The notes under the pieces were generated by a model, which did not search any database, had not been told where the DNA came from, and worked only from the letters and a program-made list of their open reading frames with translations. From contig NZ_FXTL01000008.1 of assembly GCF_900182665.1 (NCBI RefSeq), positions 23,664 through 87,663 of the forward strand: DNA of 64,000 nucleotides. Reading direction: 5' to 3'. This stretch comes from Propioniciclava tarda (GTDB taxonomy: Bacteria; Actinomycetota; Actinomycetes; Propionibacteriales; Propionibacteriaceae). A program made the translations under genes and the position numbers. Below are positions 9,101-21,057 of this stretch, in pieces (positions within the stretch are counted from its first letter, which is position 1; the number at the start of each line of letters is the position of its first letter).

Positions 9101-9556
9101 ATGTCCGAGCCGATCACCAGCAGCCTCGCCGACGCCTTCGGCGTCACTGACGAGGCACCCGTCGTCCGCACCGCGCTGGACGACGACGAGCCCCGTCCGT
9201 CGTCGCTGGTGAAGGACACCCTGCCCGGCGAGTTCGGTTCCCGGGTGGTGCCGACGCAGGAAGACATCGTCGAGGCCATGCGCGAGGTCATCGACCCCGA
9301 GCTGGGGGTCAACGTCGTCGACCTGGGCATGGTCGCCGACATCCTCATCGACGACGAGGCCAACGTGATCATCGACATGGTGCCCACGTCGCCCACCTGC
9401 CCCATGACCGACCGCCTCGAGTACAGCGCCGAGCTGGCCACCGAGGGCATGGTGAATTCGTTGGCCGTCAACTGGCTGTGGCTCGAAGTGTGGACGCCGG
9501 CCCGGCTCACCGAGGACGGACGCGAGCAGCTGCGCGCCTTCGGGTTGAACATCTGA
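9101..9556 (+). CDS. sufT: SufT-like DUF59/MIP18 family Fe-S assembly protein
   Basis: DUF59 hallmark VIDPELGVNVVDLGMV and the conserved Cys in PTSPTCPM. Terminal position in the suf operon. Confidence 0.8.
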   Translation: MSEPITSSLADAFGVTDEAPVVRTALDDDEPRPSSLVKDTLPGEFGSRVVPTQEDIVEAMREVIDPELGVNVVDLGMVADILIDDEANVIIDMVPTSPTCPMTDRLEYSAELATEGMVNSLAVNWLWLEVWTPARLTEDGREQLRAFGLNI

Positions 9557-9634
9557 ACGCCCACGCCCCCTGGCGGTGACGCGCCTGGCCAATACACTGA
9601 CGAGCTAGGCGGCACATAGGCTCTTGGAGGCGTC

Positions 9635-10405
9635 GTGGACACTCACCTGTACTTCTCGTTGATCCCTGAGTCGCTCATCGCGTCCCACCTGACCCCCGAC
9701 CAGTTCGGCCAATACTACGCGACCGGGCACGGGTTCAAGTCGAAGGGCCAGGTGCTGTTCTTCGAGCTCGACCCGTCCTTCCGGCACCCGTTCTTCGCGA
9801 TCGACGAGGCGCTGGCCAAGTGCGAAGTACACCCCGACGGCCGCCCCAAGAACTCGGTCTACGTCGCCACCTATCGCGTCCTGGAGCACATCCCCGTCAG
9901 CGCGTTGGGCACCCTCTACGTGACGACCGCCTACGGCGCGACGTTGGCGCTGGCCGCCGCGGACGCGCTGCCGGCCCCGGCGTCCGGACTGCACCTGTAC
10001 AAGGAGATCGCGCCGGTCGACAGCCTGGTGGCGTCGTCGCAGGATCCGCAGCGCTTCTACGAGAGCATCGTGGTCAACCCCTCGAAGTTCGTGCGGTTCC
10101 CGGGCCTGTTCTTCGTCGAGCTGGATCTGGGCCCGCTGGCGGCCGATCCCATGGCCGCGGCCGGCCGGGACCTCCCTTATGACAACATCCACCATCTGCG
10201 CGAAGGGCTGATCGAGGCGGCGCGTCCGGACAAGACGTCGAAGATGGTCGAGCGGGTGCAGTCCCCGGAGTTCGCCTACCGGATGGTCAAGACCGGGTCC
10301 GGCTTCTACTACGGCAACGGACCCGACCTGGTGTGCTACCCGATGCCGTCCCACGACGACCTCCGCGAACACCACCCGCTGTGGTGGCGCTCGGCCAACA
10401 AGTAG
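9635..10405 (+). CDS. Conserved hypothetical protein (256 aa), no family recognised
   Basis: GTG start preceded by GGAGG. GC3-rich ORF. Ends at the shared terminator hairpin. Confidence 0.5.
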   Translation: MDTHLYFSLIPESLIASHLTPDQFGQYYATGHGFKSKGQVLFFELDPSFRHPFFAIDEALAKCEVHPDGRPKNSVYVATYRVLEHIPVSALGTLYVTTAYGATLALAAADALPAPASGLHLYKEIAPVDSLVASSQDPQRFYESIVVNPSKFVRFPGLFFVELDLGPLAADPMAAAGRDLPYDNIHHLREGLIEAARPDKTSKMVERVQSPEFAYRMVKTGSGFYYGNGPDLVCYPMPSHDDLREHHPLWWRSANK

Positions 10406-10418
10406 CACCCTCAACAAC

Positions 10419-10443
10419 GCCGCCCGTCGGGCAGACGGGCGGC
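10419..10443. terminator. Bidirectional terminator hairpin between the converging hypothetical gene and hppA
   Basis: Perfect 10-bp inverted repeat GCCGCCCGTC-gggca-GACGGGCGGC, between the stop codons at 10405 and 10457. Confidence 0.5.
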
Positions 10444-10456
10444 GTTGACGTTTGCG

Positions 10457-12745
<2,289 letters not shown>

Positions 12746-12947
12746 GAGCGGCTCCCTGTCGGGCTGGTCGGTGCGTGGAGATCGAGCATGATCGTGGCTC
12801 CTTAGGCCAAGCGCCGCTGCAGCAGCGTCGCTTCAACGGCCGTCGTCAGGACGGGTTCTCAATTCCCCGCATCATGTCAACTCTCACCGCTCAACGGGAG
12901 GGGCTGCCTTTCGGTTCACTCCGGTGGGGTCCGCTGTGCGGAACGGC

Positions 12948-14126
12948 TCAGCTCGCGGCGTCCGCCTTGTCCGGACGCCGTCGCGGCCGCCGCGTCCGGG
13001 GCACGCGGGCGGACGAGGCCCGCTCCGCCGGGACGAAGACGCGTTGGGGCTGCTCGACGACGCCGGCGTCCTCGGGATCGGCCGTGCTCGGATCGGAGGC
13101 CAGGAAGGAGTTGAACCAGCGGCGTTCCGGATCGTGGTCGACGAGCATCGCCTTCAGCAGCAGCGTGGCGGGCAGTCCGAGCAGGGCGCCCAGGGGCCCG
13201 AGCACCGAGCTCCAGACGAGCAGCGACAGGAACGAGACGAGCGCCGTGACGCCCACGGCGTCCCCGTTGAACTTGGGCTGGATGAAGCTCTGGATGACCA
13301 TGTTGATCACCGTGTAGGCGATCACCACCACGAGCGCCTGGGCCGGACCGAGCGCGAGCAGCGCCATCAGGGCGGGCGGGATCACGCCGATCACGAAGCC
13401 CACGTTCGGGATGTAGTTGGTGAGGAACGACAGGACGCCCCAGACGAGCGCCAGCGGCACGCCCAACACCAGCAGCAACGCCACGTCGAGCACCGCGACG
13501 ATCAGGCCGAAGACCGACGTCACCACCCAGTAGCGCCGCACGCCGAGCACGAAGTCGCCCAGAGCAAGCGCGCGGTGGGGCTGGTACTTGGCCAGGTCGG
13601 CCCCGCGGCGATTGATCGATCCGGCGTCCATGAGCAGGAGGAAGATGACGATCGCGATGACCCCGACGGCCGCGACGCCGTTCGAAACGCTCGCGAGCGC
13701 AGAGGAGGCCACACCGGCCACGCTCGACGGGCTGATCTCCTTGAGCTGGGCCAGCACGGCGTCCTGGGTGATGCCGAAGCTGGCCGCGAACGTGACCAGC
13801 TGGTTGTACAGCGTGACGAACCGTCCCTGGTAGCGGGGCAGCTCCCGGACCAGGGCGGACACGCTCAACCCGAGGGCGAGCATCGCGAGCCCGAGAACGA
13901 GGAACACCACCAGGCCGAGCGCCAGCGTGCCCACGAGGGGGGACGCCCCGCGCTTGAGCAGCGCCGTGCGGACGGGCCAGGCGGCAATGACGAGGTTGAG
14001 GGCCGCGAACAGCGGCCCGATGATGTCGCGGGCCGCGCTGATGCCCCAGAGGACGCCGAACAGGCCTAGCCACACGGCGAGGGTGACGAGGGTGCGGGGC
14101 AGCCCGGACTGCTCACTGTCAGACAT
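12948..14126 (-). CDS. AI-2E family transporter (PerM/UPF0118)
   Basis: About 8 TM helices, typical AI-2E C-terminal region. Start taken at MSDSEQ (ATG 14126); the upstream part of the long ORF is a low-complexity shadow. Confidence 0.8.
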   Translation of the reverse strand: MSDSEQSGLPRTLVTLAVWLGLFGVLWGISAARDIIGPLFAALNLVIAAWPVRTALLKRGASPLVGTLALGLVVFLVLGLAMLALGLSVSALVRELPRYQGRFVTLYNQLVTFAASFGITQDAVLAQLKEISPSSVAGVASSALASVSNGVAAVGVIAIVIFLLLMDAGSINRRGADLAKYQPHRALALGDFVLGVRRYWVVTSVFGLIVAVLDVALLLVLGVPLALVWGVLSFLTNYIPNVGFVIGVIPPALMALLALGPAQALVVVIAYTVINMVIQSFIQPKFNGDAVGVTALVSFLSLLVWSSVLGPLGALLGLPATLLLKAMLVDHDPERRWFNSFLASDPSTADPEDAGVVEQPQRVFVPAERASSARVPRTRRPRRRPDKADAAS

Positions 14127-14190
14127 GTGGACAGCGTAGGGGGTGGCCTCGGCACCGCGGCTTTGACCGTGCGTCGCCCGCCTCGGATAC

Positions 14191-15801
14191 TTGCTCGTTG
14201 TGATCGTGGCGCGCGAGGTGGAGGTTCGGGTGGGAGCCCGGCTCCTGCTGTCGTCGGTGTCGTTCCAGGTGGCGTCCGGTGATCGCATCGGCCTGGTCGG
14301 ACGCAACGGCGCCGGAAAGACCACCCTGACCCGCATGCTGGCCGGTGAGTCGCTGCCCTCGGGCGGCGCCATCACGAGGACGGGTCCGGTCGGCTACCTG
14401 CCTCAGGATCCGCGCACCGGCGACCTGCACATGCTGGCCCGGGATCGCATCCTGTCCGCGCGCGGGCTCGACCACATCCTGCGTCGGCTGACGACCTATT
14501 CGATGGCGATGGCCGAGGCGACCACGGACGAGGCGCGCGACAGCGCCATGACGTCGTACTCCCGGGCCGAGGCGGAGCTCGCGGCCGCCGGCGGCTACGG
14601 AGTCGAGGCCGAGGCCGCCCGCATCGCGGCCAACCTGGGCCTGCCCGACCGGGTGCTCGGCCAGGAGATCGGCACGCTGTCCGGCGGCCAGCGTCGCCGC
14701 GTCGAGCTGGCGCGCATCCTGTTCTCCGGCGCCGACACGTTGCTGCTTGACGAGCCGACCAACCACCTGGACGCCGACTCGATCGTCTGGCTGCGGAGCT
14801 ACCTCAAGGACTATCCGGGCGGGCTCGTGGTCATCTCGCACGACTCTGGCCTGCTGGACGCCGTCGTCAACAAGGTCTTCCACCTGGACGCCAACCGCGC
14901 CGAGCTCGACCAGTACGCCATGGACTGGAAGAAGTACCTCGTCCAGCGCGAGACCGACGAGAAGCGCCGCAAGCGGGAGCGGGCGAACGCCGAGCGCAAG
15001 GCGGCCCGGTTGTTGGAGCAGTCGGAGAAGCTGCACGCCAAGGCGACCAAGGCCACGGCCGCGCAGAACATGGCGCGCCGGGCCGAGCGGCTGCTGTCGG
15101 GCACCGAGGGGCAGCGGGCGGCCGATCGCGTGGCGAAGATCCGGTTCCCGGAGCCGGCGCCCTGCGGCAAAGTGCCGCTCACGGCGTCCGATCTGTCGAA
15201 GAGCTACGGATCGCTGGAGGTCTTCACCGGCGTCGACTTGGCGATCGACCGCGGAGCGAACGTCGTCGTCCTGGGCCTGAACGGCGCCGGCAAGACGACC
15301 CTGCTGCGGCTGCTGTCCGGCATCGAGGAGCCCGACACCGGCGAGGTGCACCCCGGACATGGGCTCAAGCTCGGCTACTACGCCCAGGAGCACGAGACGA
15401 TCGACGTGTCACGCTCTGTGCTCGACAACATGGTGTCGGCGTCCCCGGACCTCAATGAGACCGAGGTTCGTAAGATCCTCGGCTCGTTCCTGTTCACGGG
15501 CGACGATGTCGACAAGCCCGCCCGGGTGCTGTCAGGCGGCGAGAAGACGCGCCTGGCCCTGGCGATGCTGGTCGTGTCGGCCGCGAACGTGCTGCTGCTG
15601 GACGAGCCCACGAACAACCTCGACCCGGCGTCCCGCAAGGAAGTGCTGGACGCGATCCGCACGTACGCGGGGGCCGTGGTCCTTGTGACCCACGATGAGG
15701 GTGCGGTCGAGGCGCTCCAGCCCGACCGCGTCTTGCTGCTGCCGGACGGCGATGAGGACCTGTGGAGCCCCGAGTACGCCGAGCTCATCTCGCTGGCCTG
15801 A
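14191..15801 (+). CDS. ABC-F family ATPase (two tandem ABC domains, no TMD)
   Basis: Two Walker A (GRNGAGKTT, GLNGAGKTT) and two signature motifs (LSGGQRRR, LSGGEKTR). Charged inter-domain linker with a KRRKRERANAERKAARLL coiled-coil. Confidence 0.85.
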   Translation: MLVVIVAREVEVRVGARLLLSSVSFQVASGDRIGLVGRNGAGKTTLTRMLAGESLPSGGAITRTGPVGYLPQDPRTGDLHMLARDRILSARGLDHILRRLTTYSMAMAEATTDEARDSAMTSYSRAEAELAAAGGYGVEAEAARIAANLGLPDRVLGQEIGTLSGGQRRRVELARILFSGADTLLLDEPTNHLDADSIVWLRSYLKDYPGGLVVISHDSGLLDAVVNKVFHLDANRAELDQYAMDWKKYLVQRETDEKRRKRERANAERKAARLLEQSEKLHAKATKATAAQNMARRAERLLSGTEGQRAADRVAKIRFPEPAPCGKVPLTASDLSKSYGSLEVFTGVDLAIDRGANVVVLGLNGAGKTTLLRLLSGIEEPDTGEVHPGHGLKLGYYAQEHETIDVSRSVLDNMVSASPDLNETEVRKILGSFLFTGDDVDKPARVLSGGEKTRLALAMLVVSAANVLLLDEPTNNLDPASRKEVLDAIRTYAGAVVLVTHDEGAVEALQPDRVLLLPDGDEDLWSPEYAELISLA

Positions 15802-15815
15802 GCGATCGTGTCTAT

Positions 15816-16871
15816 GGTGTGCGCGTGGCCAACACTGACCTGATCGACGCCCTCGCGGCGGACGGCGCCCTCAGCATCGACGAGTTCGAGCAGCTGTTGG
15901 CGACCTACACCGCGGCCGATCGCGACCATGCGGCATCCAAGGCCTACCGGATCGCGCGCCAGCAGTTTGGGACGTCCCTGACAGCCTGGGGTGTCGTGAG
16001 CGTCTCGAACGTCTGCACCAAGGAGTGCCTGTATTGCGGCCTTCGGCGCAGCAACGAGCAGGTCGAGCGGTTCCGGCTCAGCCCGGAGGACGTCGTGACG
16101 GCCTGGGCCGAGGGCCATCGGCTCGGCTTCCGGACGGTCTACCTCGAGGGCGGCGACGACCCTGAGCTGACCGACGAGTCCATGGAGCACGTGATCTGGC
16201 TCGTCAAGAAGCAGTTCGGCGACTCGACCGTGACGCTCGAGTTCGGGGAGCGGACGCGCGGCACCTACGAGCGCTACTTCGAGGCCGGCGGCGACGCCTA
16301 CGTCCTGCGGCACGAGTCCGCGGACGCCGACCACTTCGCCTCGCTGCATCCGCGCCGGATGACCCTGGCGAACCGCATCCGCTGCCTCGAGGACCTCAAG
16401 GCCGTCGGGTTCTCCACGGGCTGCGGCATGATGATCGGCAGCCCGTTCCAGACGCCCGCGCACCTCGCTCGCGACCTCGCCTTCATCGCGGACTTCGATC
16501 CCGCGTCCGTCAGCATCGGCCCGTTCGTGCCCTCGGCGTCCACGGAGTTCGCCGATCAGCCGGCCGGCTCGATCGACAAGACCCTCTTCGTTCTGAGCCT
16601 GGTCCGGATCATGATGCCGACCGTCGACCTGCCGGTGCTGACGTCGGTCGCCACGGTCCACCCGCGCGGACGCGAGATGGCGGTCATGGCCGGCGCCAAC
16701 GTCGTCATGCCCAACCTCACCCCGACCGTCGACCGGGCCAAGTTCGCCCCCTACGACCACAAGATCGTCTCGGGCGCCGAGGCGGCCGAGGGCTTCGAGA
16801 TCCTCAGCCGACGCATGGCGGCCATCGGCTACAGCATCGGCCCGACGGCGCCCGAGCCCCGGCACCGCTGA
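15816..16871 (+). CDS. Radical SAM enzyme of the BioB/HydE/PylB subfamily (HydE-like)
   Basis: CX3CX2C motif in VSNVCTKECLYCGLRRSN, nearly identical in spacing and context to the HydE CRKNCLYCGLRRDN. Begins about 15 nt after the ABC-F stop. Confidence 0.75.
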   Translation, partial: GVRVANTDLIDALAADGALSIDEFEQLLATYTAADRDHAASKAYRIARQQFGTSLTAWGVVSVSNVCTKECLYCGLRRSNEQVERFRLSPEDVVTAWAEGHRLGFRTVYLEGGDDPELTDESMEHVIWLVKKQFGDSTVTLEFGERTRGTYERYFEAGGDAYVLRHESADADHFASLHPRRMTLANRIRCLEDLKAVGFSTGCGMMIGSPFQTPAHLARDLAFIADFDPASVSIGPFVPSASTEFADQPAGSIDKTLFVLSLVRIMMPTVDLPVLTSVATVHPRGREMAVMAGANVVMPNLTPTVDRAKFAPYDHKIVSGAEAAEGFEILSRRMAAIGYSIGPTAPEPRHR

Positions 16872-16892
16872 GTTCGCGAGCGCGCGAAGGTT

Positions 16893-17522
16893 CTAGTGAG
16901 CCTGGTCGACCACGACCAGGGCCACGGCGAAGCCGACGAAGATGAGTCCGGCCACGACGTCGATCCCGCGCTGAACCTGCGGCGAGGCGAGCCAGCGCCG
17001 CATGGTCCGGGCGCCCACGATCAGCCCGGCGAACCAGACCATGGTCTCCACCCCGTGGACCAGCGCCAACAGGACGCCGCCCGCGACCGGGGGCAGGTCG
17101 GCCGGCAGGAAGTGCGGCAGCACGGCCACGTAGAAGACGCCGATCTTGGGGTTCAGCAGGTTGGTGGTCAGCCCTTGGCTGAACGGTGACGCGACGCCCG
17201 CGGTCTCCTCGGACGGCTCGGCCGCGTGAGGCGTCCGGGCATTCCAGAGCAGTCGGACGCCGAGGTAGGCGAGGTAGACCGCCCCGGCCACCTTGAGCAC
17301 GGCGTACGCGGTCGGCGAGGCGGTGACGAGCGCCGACACGCCCACCGCCGCCGCGAGCCCCCACACGAGGCAGCCCACCGCGACCCCGGACGCCGTGGCG
17401 AACGCAGCCCTCGGACCGGCCCGCAGCGCCGAGCGCAGGACCAGCAACGTGTCGAGTCCGGGGGTCATGGTCAGGACGCCGGCCACGATCGCGAAGCGCC
17501 AGACGGCGTCCAGCCAGGTCAT
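16893..17522 (-). CDS. LysE/RhtB family amino-acid efflux translocator
   Basis: 209 aa, 6 TM, LysE-type N-terminus (MTWLDAVWRFAIVAGVLTMTPGLDTLLVL). Confidence 0.8.
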   Translation of the reverse strand: MTWLDAVWRFAIVAGVLTMTPGLDTLLVLRSALRAGPRAAFATASGVAVGCLVWGLAAAVGVSALVTASPTAYAVLKVAGAVYLAYLGVRLLWNARTPHAAEPSEETAGVASPFSQGLTTNLLNPKIGVFYVAVLPHFLPADLPPVAGGVLLALVHGVETMVWFAGLIVGARTMRRWLASPQVQRGIDVVAGLIFVGFAVALVVVDQAH

Positions 17523-18544
17523 CGGACAGACAACTGCGCCACTGACGCCCGCACCTGAAGCGGCATGGGGACGAGAATCTCTCCTCCCGGCCGGTCGTGC
17601 GCGAGGACGATCTCCATGGCGCGCCGACCCATCTGCTCGTACGGGAGTTGGGCGGTGGTGAGCGTCGGTCGCAGATAGCCCGCGATCACTTCGTCGTCGA
17701 ACGAGATCACTGATAGGTCATGGGGGATCTGAAGCCCTGCCTGCTGGGTCGCCTGGTAGATGCCGAAGGCAACCCGGTCGTTGGCGGCGATCACGGCAGT
17801 GACGTCGAGCCCGTCGTCCAGCAAGGCCTGAGTCGCCGAGTAGCCGTCCTCGGGCTCCCAGTGCCGCTTCTCGATCGTCCGAGTGAGGGCGAGTCCGCGG
17901 GTGGCCAGTTCTGCCTCGATTCCGGCGAAGCGGCGACCGATGGTGGCAGAGAGGCGGAGATCGGAGCGCAGGTCAGGGTGATCGCCGATCAGGGCGATGC
18001 GGGTGTGCCCGGTGGCCACCAGGTGGGCAGCCACAGCACGGCCCGCCTCAAACTCGTCCGGTAGAACAGAGAGGTGTTGGTCCGGGCTCGTCGCGTTGAG
18101 AAGCACGACCGGCACGCGGGAGGCGGCTGCAGGGACGTCGATCTGTTTGGCGCCCATCAGCGCAATGATCAGCCCATCGGGCTGGCGGTCCAGCATGACG
18201 TCCAGTGCTCGGCGCACCCGCTCCGGGTTCGAGCCGGTCTCCGCGATCAGCACCGTGTGGTCGAGACCCTCGGCCACGTCGAGGGCGCCCCGGATCATCG
18301 CGGAGGCGTACCGCGTGACGGTGACGTCGTCTGAAAGGAGTCCAACCGTTCTGGTCTTGCCAAGGCGCAGGCTGCGCGCCGCGGGGTTCGGTCGGTAGCC
18401 GAGCTCGCGGGCGGCGTCCTTGATGCGCTGAACGGCTTCGGGGGAGAGCCGTGATCCGGGACGGTTGTTGAGAACGAGGCTCACAGCCGTGGTTGACAGG
18501 CCAGCGTGCTGGGCGACATCCACCAGTGTCACGCGTCTTCCCAT
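17519..18544 (-). CDS. LacI family transcriptional regulator
   Basis: N-terminal HTH VTLVDVAQHAGLSTTAVSLVLN followed by a periplasmic-binding-fold domain. Divergent from the sugar ABC operon. Confidence 0.85.
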   Translation of the reverse strand: MGRRVTLVDVAQHAGLSTTAVSLVLNNRPGSRLSPEAVQRIKDAARELGYRPNPAARSLRLGKTRTVGLLSDDVTVTRYASAMIRGALDVAEGLDHTVLIAETGSNPERVRRALDVMLDRQPDGLIIALMGAKQIDVPAAASRVPVVLLNATSPDQHLSVLPDEFEAGRAVAAHLVATGHTRIALIGDHPDLRSDLRLSATIGRRFAGIEAELATRGLALTRTIEKRHWEPEDGYSATQALLDDGLDVTAVIAANDRVAFGIYQATQQAGLQIPHDLSVISFDDEVIAGYLRPTLTTAQLPYEQMGRRAMEIVLAHDRPGGEILVPMPLQVRASVAQLSVR

Positions 18545-18637
18545 GCTCCCATCCTCCCGACTTCGGCAACGGAAATCCGCGCGCCACGCCGTGCGACCCC
18601 CGTCCTTCGGGGCTGAGTATCGCTGCCAGTAGAAACC

Positions 18638-18703
18638 TTTTAGCACCCCTTGACGAGCAGGGAGATCGCTCGTTACCTTAACAGTGCTAAAAGCATTTAG
18701 CAC
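18638..18703. promoter_or_regulatory. Candidate LacI-family operator(s): 20-bp palindrome GTGCTAAAAGCATTTAGCAC (18684-18703) plus an extra half-site CTTTTAGCAC (18637-18646)
   Basis: Near-perfect inverted repeat read directly from the sequence, in the divergent lacI / SBP intergenic region. A TTGACG -35-like hexamer sits at 18650. Confidence 0.45.
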
Positions 18704-18747
18704 CCAAATCAAACTGTCCGCGCCGACGCGGGCACGAAGGAGACACC

Positions 18748-20055
18748 ATGCCGGTCACCTTGAAGAAGATCGCCGTCGCCGCCACCGCGATGACCCTCGC
18801 CATGTCCTTGGGCGCCTGCTCGAAGGGCGGATCCACCCCCGCCAGCCCCGCCCCGGGCGGCTCGGGCTCAAGTGGCGCCGCGGCGTCCGAAATCAGCATG
18901 TGGACGCACAACGCTGGCAACAAGGACGAACTCGCCGCGATCCAGACGATCGTGGACGACTTCAACGGCTCGCAGGCTCAGTACAAGGTCAAGCTGCAGG
19001 CCTTCCCGCAGGAGTCCTACAACCAGTCGGTGACGGCAGCGGCGTCCGCCAAGAAGCTGCCGTGCCTGCTTGATATCGACCAGCCGAACGTGGCCAACTG
19101 GGCTTGGGCGGGGTATCTCGCGCCGATCACGGGCATGGACGACACCTTGTCCAAGTACTTGCCCTCCACGGTCGCGAAGTACAACGGCAAGACCTACGCG
19201 TACGGCTACTACGACGTCTCGCTGACCTGGGTGACCCGCAAGTCGATCCTCGATGAGTTCGGCATCCGCGTTCCGACGATCGAGCAGCCCTGGAAGGCCG
19301 ACGAGTTCATGGCGGCCCTCAAGAAGGTCAAGGACTCCGGAAAGTACGCCAACGCGGCCGACATCGCCACCGGTTGGACCGGTGAATGGTGGCCGTACGG
19401 CTTCTCGCCCTTGCTGCAGAGCTTCGGGGGCGATCTGATCAACCGAACCGACTACAAGACGGCCGACGGCGTCCTCAACGGCGACAAGGCCGTGGCATGG
19501 GCGACCTGGTTCCAGAACCTCGCCAAGGACGGCTACATCGCCAAGAAGTCGGGCTCCGATCCGTCGCAGGACTTCATGAACGGCAAGTCGGCCTTCCTCT
19601 GGAACGGCTCCTGGACGGCGGTTCCCGTGCGCGAGAAGTTCTCTGATGTCGTGTTCGCGCCCCCGGTCGATTTCGGCAACGGAGGCAAGGTCGGCGGCGG
19701 CTCCTGGACGTGGGGTCAGTCGGCCCAGTGCTCGAACCCCGAAGCGGCAGCGGCGTACCTGAAGTTCGCCTCGGCCGACAAGTACGTGGCCCTGGTGGCG
19801 CAGAAGACGAACAACATCCCCACCACGGATGAAGCGGCCAAGTTGGTGCCCGGCTTCGAGCCCGGCGGCGTCAACGACGTGTTCCGCCAGTACTCCAAGA
19901 AGTTCACCGTGATGCGTCCCGAGACCCCGGGGTACCCCTATATCGCCACGGCTTTCGAGAAGACGGCGAAGGACATTCTGAACGGAGCCGACCCGAAGAC
20001 GTCCCTGGACGCCCTCGTCAAGGACATCAACACCAATCAGCAGCAGTACTCCTGA
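18748..20055 (+). CDS. Sugar ABC transporter substrate-binding lipoprotein (family 1 SBP)
   Basis: Lipobox LAMSLGAC. SBP_bac_1-like sequence. Strong RBS GAAGGAG. Confidence 0.85.
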   Translation: MPVTLKKIAVAATAMTLAMSLGACSKGGSTPASPAPGGSGSSGAAASEISMWTHNAGNKDELAAIQTIVDDFNGSQAQYKVKLQAFPQESYNQSVTAAASAKKLPCLLDIDQPNVANWAWAGYLAPITGMDDTLSKYLPSTVAKYNGKTYAYGYYDVSLTWVTRKSILDEFGIRVPTIEQPWKADEFMAALKKVKDSGKYANAADIATGWTGEWWPYGFSPLLQSFGGDLINRTDYKTADGVLNGDKAVAWATWFQNLAKDGYIAKKSGSDPSQDFMNGKSAFLWNGSWTAVPVREKFSDVVFAPPVDFGNGGKVGGGSWTWGQSAQCSNPEAAAAYLKFASADKYVALVAQKTNNIPTTDEAAKLVPGFEPGGVNDVFRQYSKKFTVMRPETPGYPYIATAFEKTAKDILNGADPKTSLDALVKDINTNQQQYS

Positions 20056-20121
20056 CGAGGGACGGCCCCGGGATCTCGGTCATCCCGGGGCCACCTCCTT
20101 CGACCGGTTCGAAAGGGACCC

Positions 20122-21057
20122 ATGGCCACCACTGTCGTCACGGACGCCCCCGCGTCCGATCCCGTCCGGCGGGCTCGCCGGACGACCGTGCGGCGGACCG
20201 CCGGCGTCGGGTGGGCGATGCTCGCCCCGGCGGCCGTCTTGATGATCGTCTTCTTGATCATCCCCATCCTGTTGACCTTCGGCCTGGCGTTCACCAACGC
20301 ACGGCTCATCTCACCGGTCCCGGCCAAGTTCATCGGGATCGACAACTTCGTCCGGCTGTTCGGTTCGGCAACGTTTTGGAAGTCGCTGCTGAACACCGTG
20401 ATCTTCGCCATCGTGATCGTGCCCGTGCAGTCGGGCCTGGCCCTCGTCCTCGCCCTCCTGGTGAACGCGAAGGTGCGCGGCACCAACTTCTTCCGGACGG
20501 TCTACTTCCTGCCCGTCGTGACGTCCATGGTCGTGGTGTCGATGTTGTGGATGTTCATGTACCAGCAGAACGGCCTGATCAACGCCCTGCTCGGCCGCCT
20601 CGGCATTGTCGGTCCGGACTGGCTGGGTGACTCCCGGACGGCCCTATTCGCGCTGATCGTGATGTCGGCCTGGCAGGCGATGGGCTTCCACATGGTCATC
20701 TGGCTGTCGGGTCTGCAGACCATTCCGGGCGAGCTCTACGAGGCGGCCTCCCTCGACGGGGCGTCCACGTGGCAGCAGTTCGCCCACGTCACGTGGCCGG
20801 GGCTGTTGCAAACGCGGACGTTCATCCTGATCACCATCACGATCGCCGCGTTCTCACTGTTCACCCAGGTCAACGTCATGACCCAGGGCGGGCCGCTGGA
20901 TTCGACCTCCACCGTCGTGTTCCAGGCCGTCCGCACCGGCTTCCAGCAGCAGCAGACGGGCTATGCGTCGTCCATCTCGCTGGTGTTCTTCGTGATCGTC
21001 CTCGCGGTGTCGCTCGTCCAGCGGTACCTCACCCGTGACAAGGAGCTCAAGCGATGA
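20122..21057 (+). CDS. Sugar ABC transporter permease (MalF/UgpA type)
   Basis: 6 TM. EAA-loop region (ELYEAASLDGASTWQQFAHVTWP). Confidence 0.9.
   Translation: MATTVVTDAPASDPVRRARRTTVRRTAGVGWAMLAPAAVLMIVFLIIPILLTFGLAFTNARLISPVPAKFIGIDNFVRLFGSATFWKSLLNTVIFAIVIVPVQSGLALVLALLVNAKVRGTNFFRTVYFLPVVTSMVVVSMLWMFMYQQNGLINALLGRLGIVGPDWLGDSRTALFALIVMSAWQAMGFHMVIWLSGLQTIPGELYEAASLDGASTWQQFAHVTWPGLLQTRTFILITITIAAFSLFTQVNVMTQGGPLDSTSTVVFQAVRTGFQQQQTGYASSISLVFFVIVLAVSLVQRYLTRDKELKR

Noticed and set aside
12746-12947. TTGACA hexamer upstream of hppA as promoter
   Set aside because: No convincing -10 element at 16-18 nt spacing.
14191-15801. Calling the ABC-F protein an antibiotic-resistance (ARE) factor
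   Set aside because: It cannot be distinguished from housekeeping EttA/Uup-type ABC-F proteins from sequence alone.
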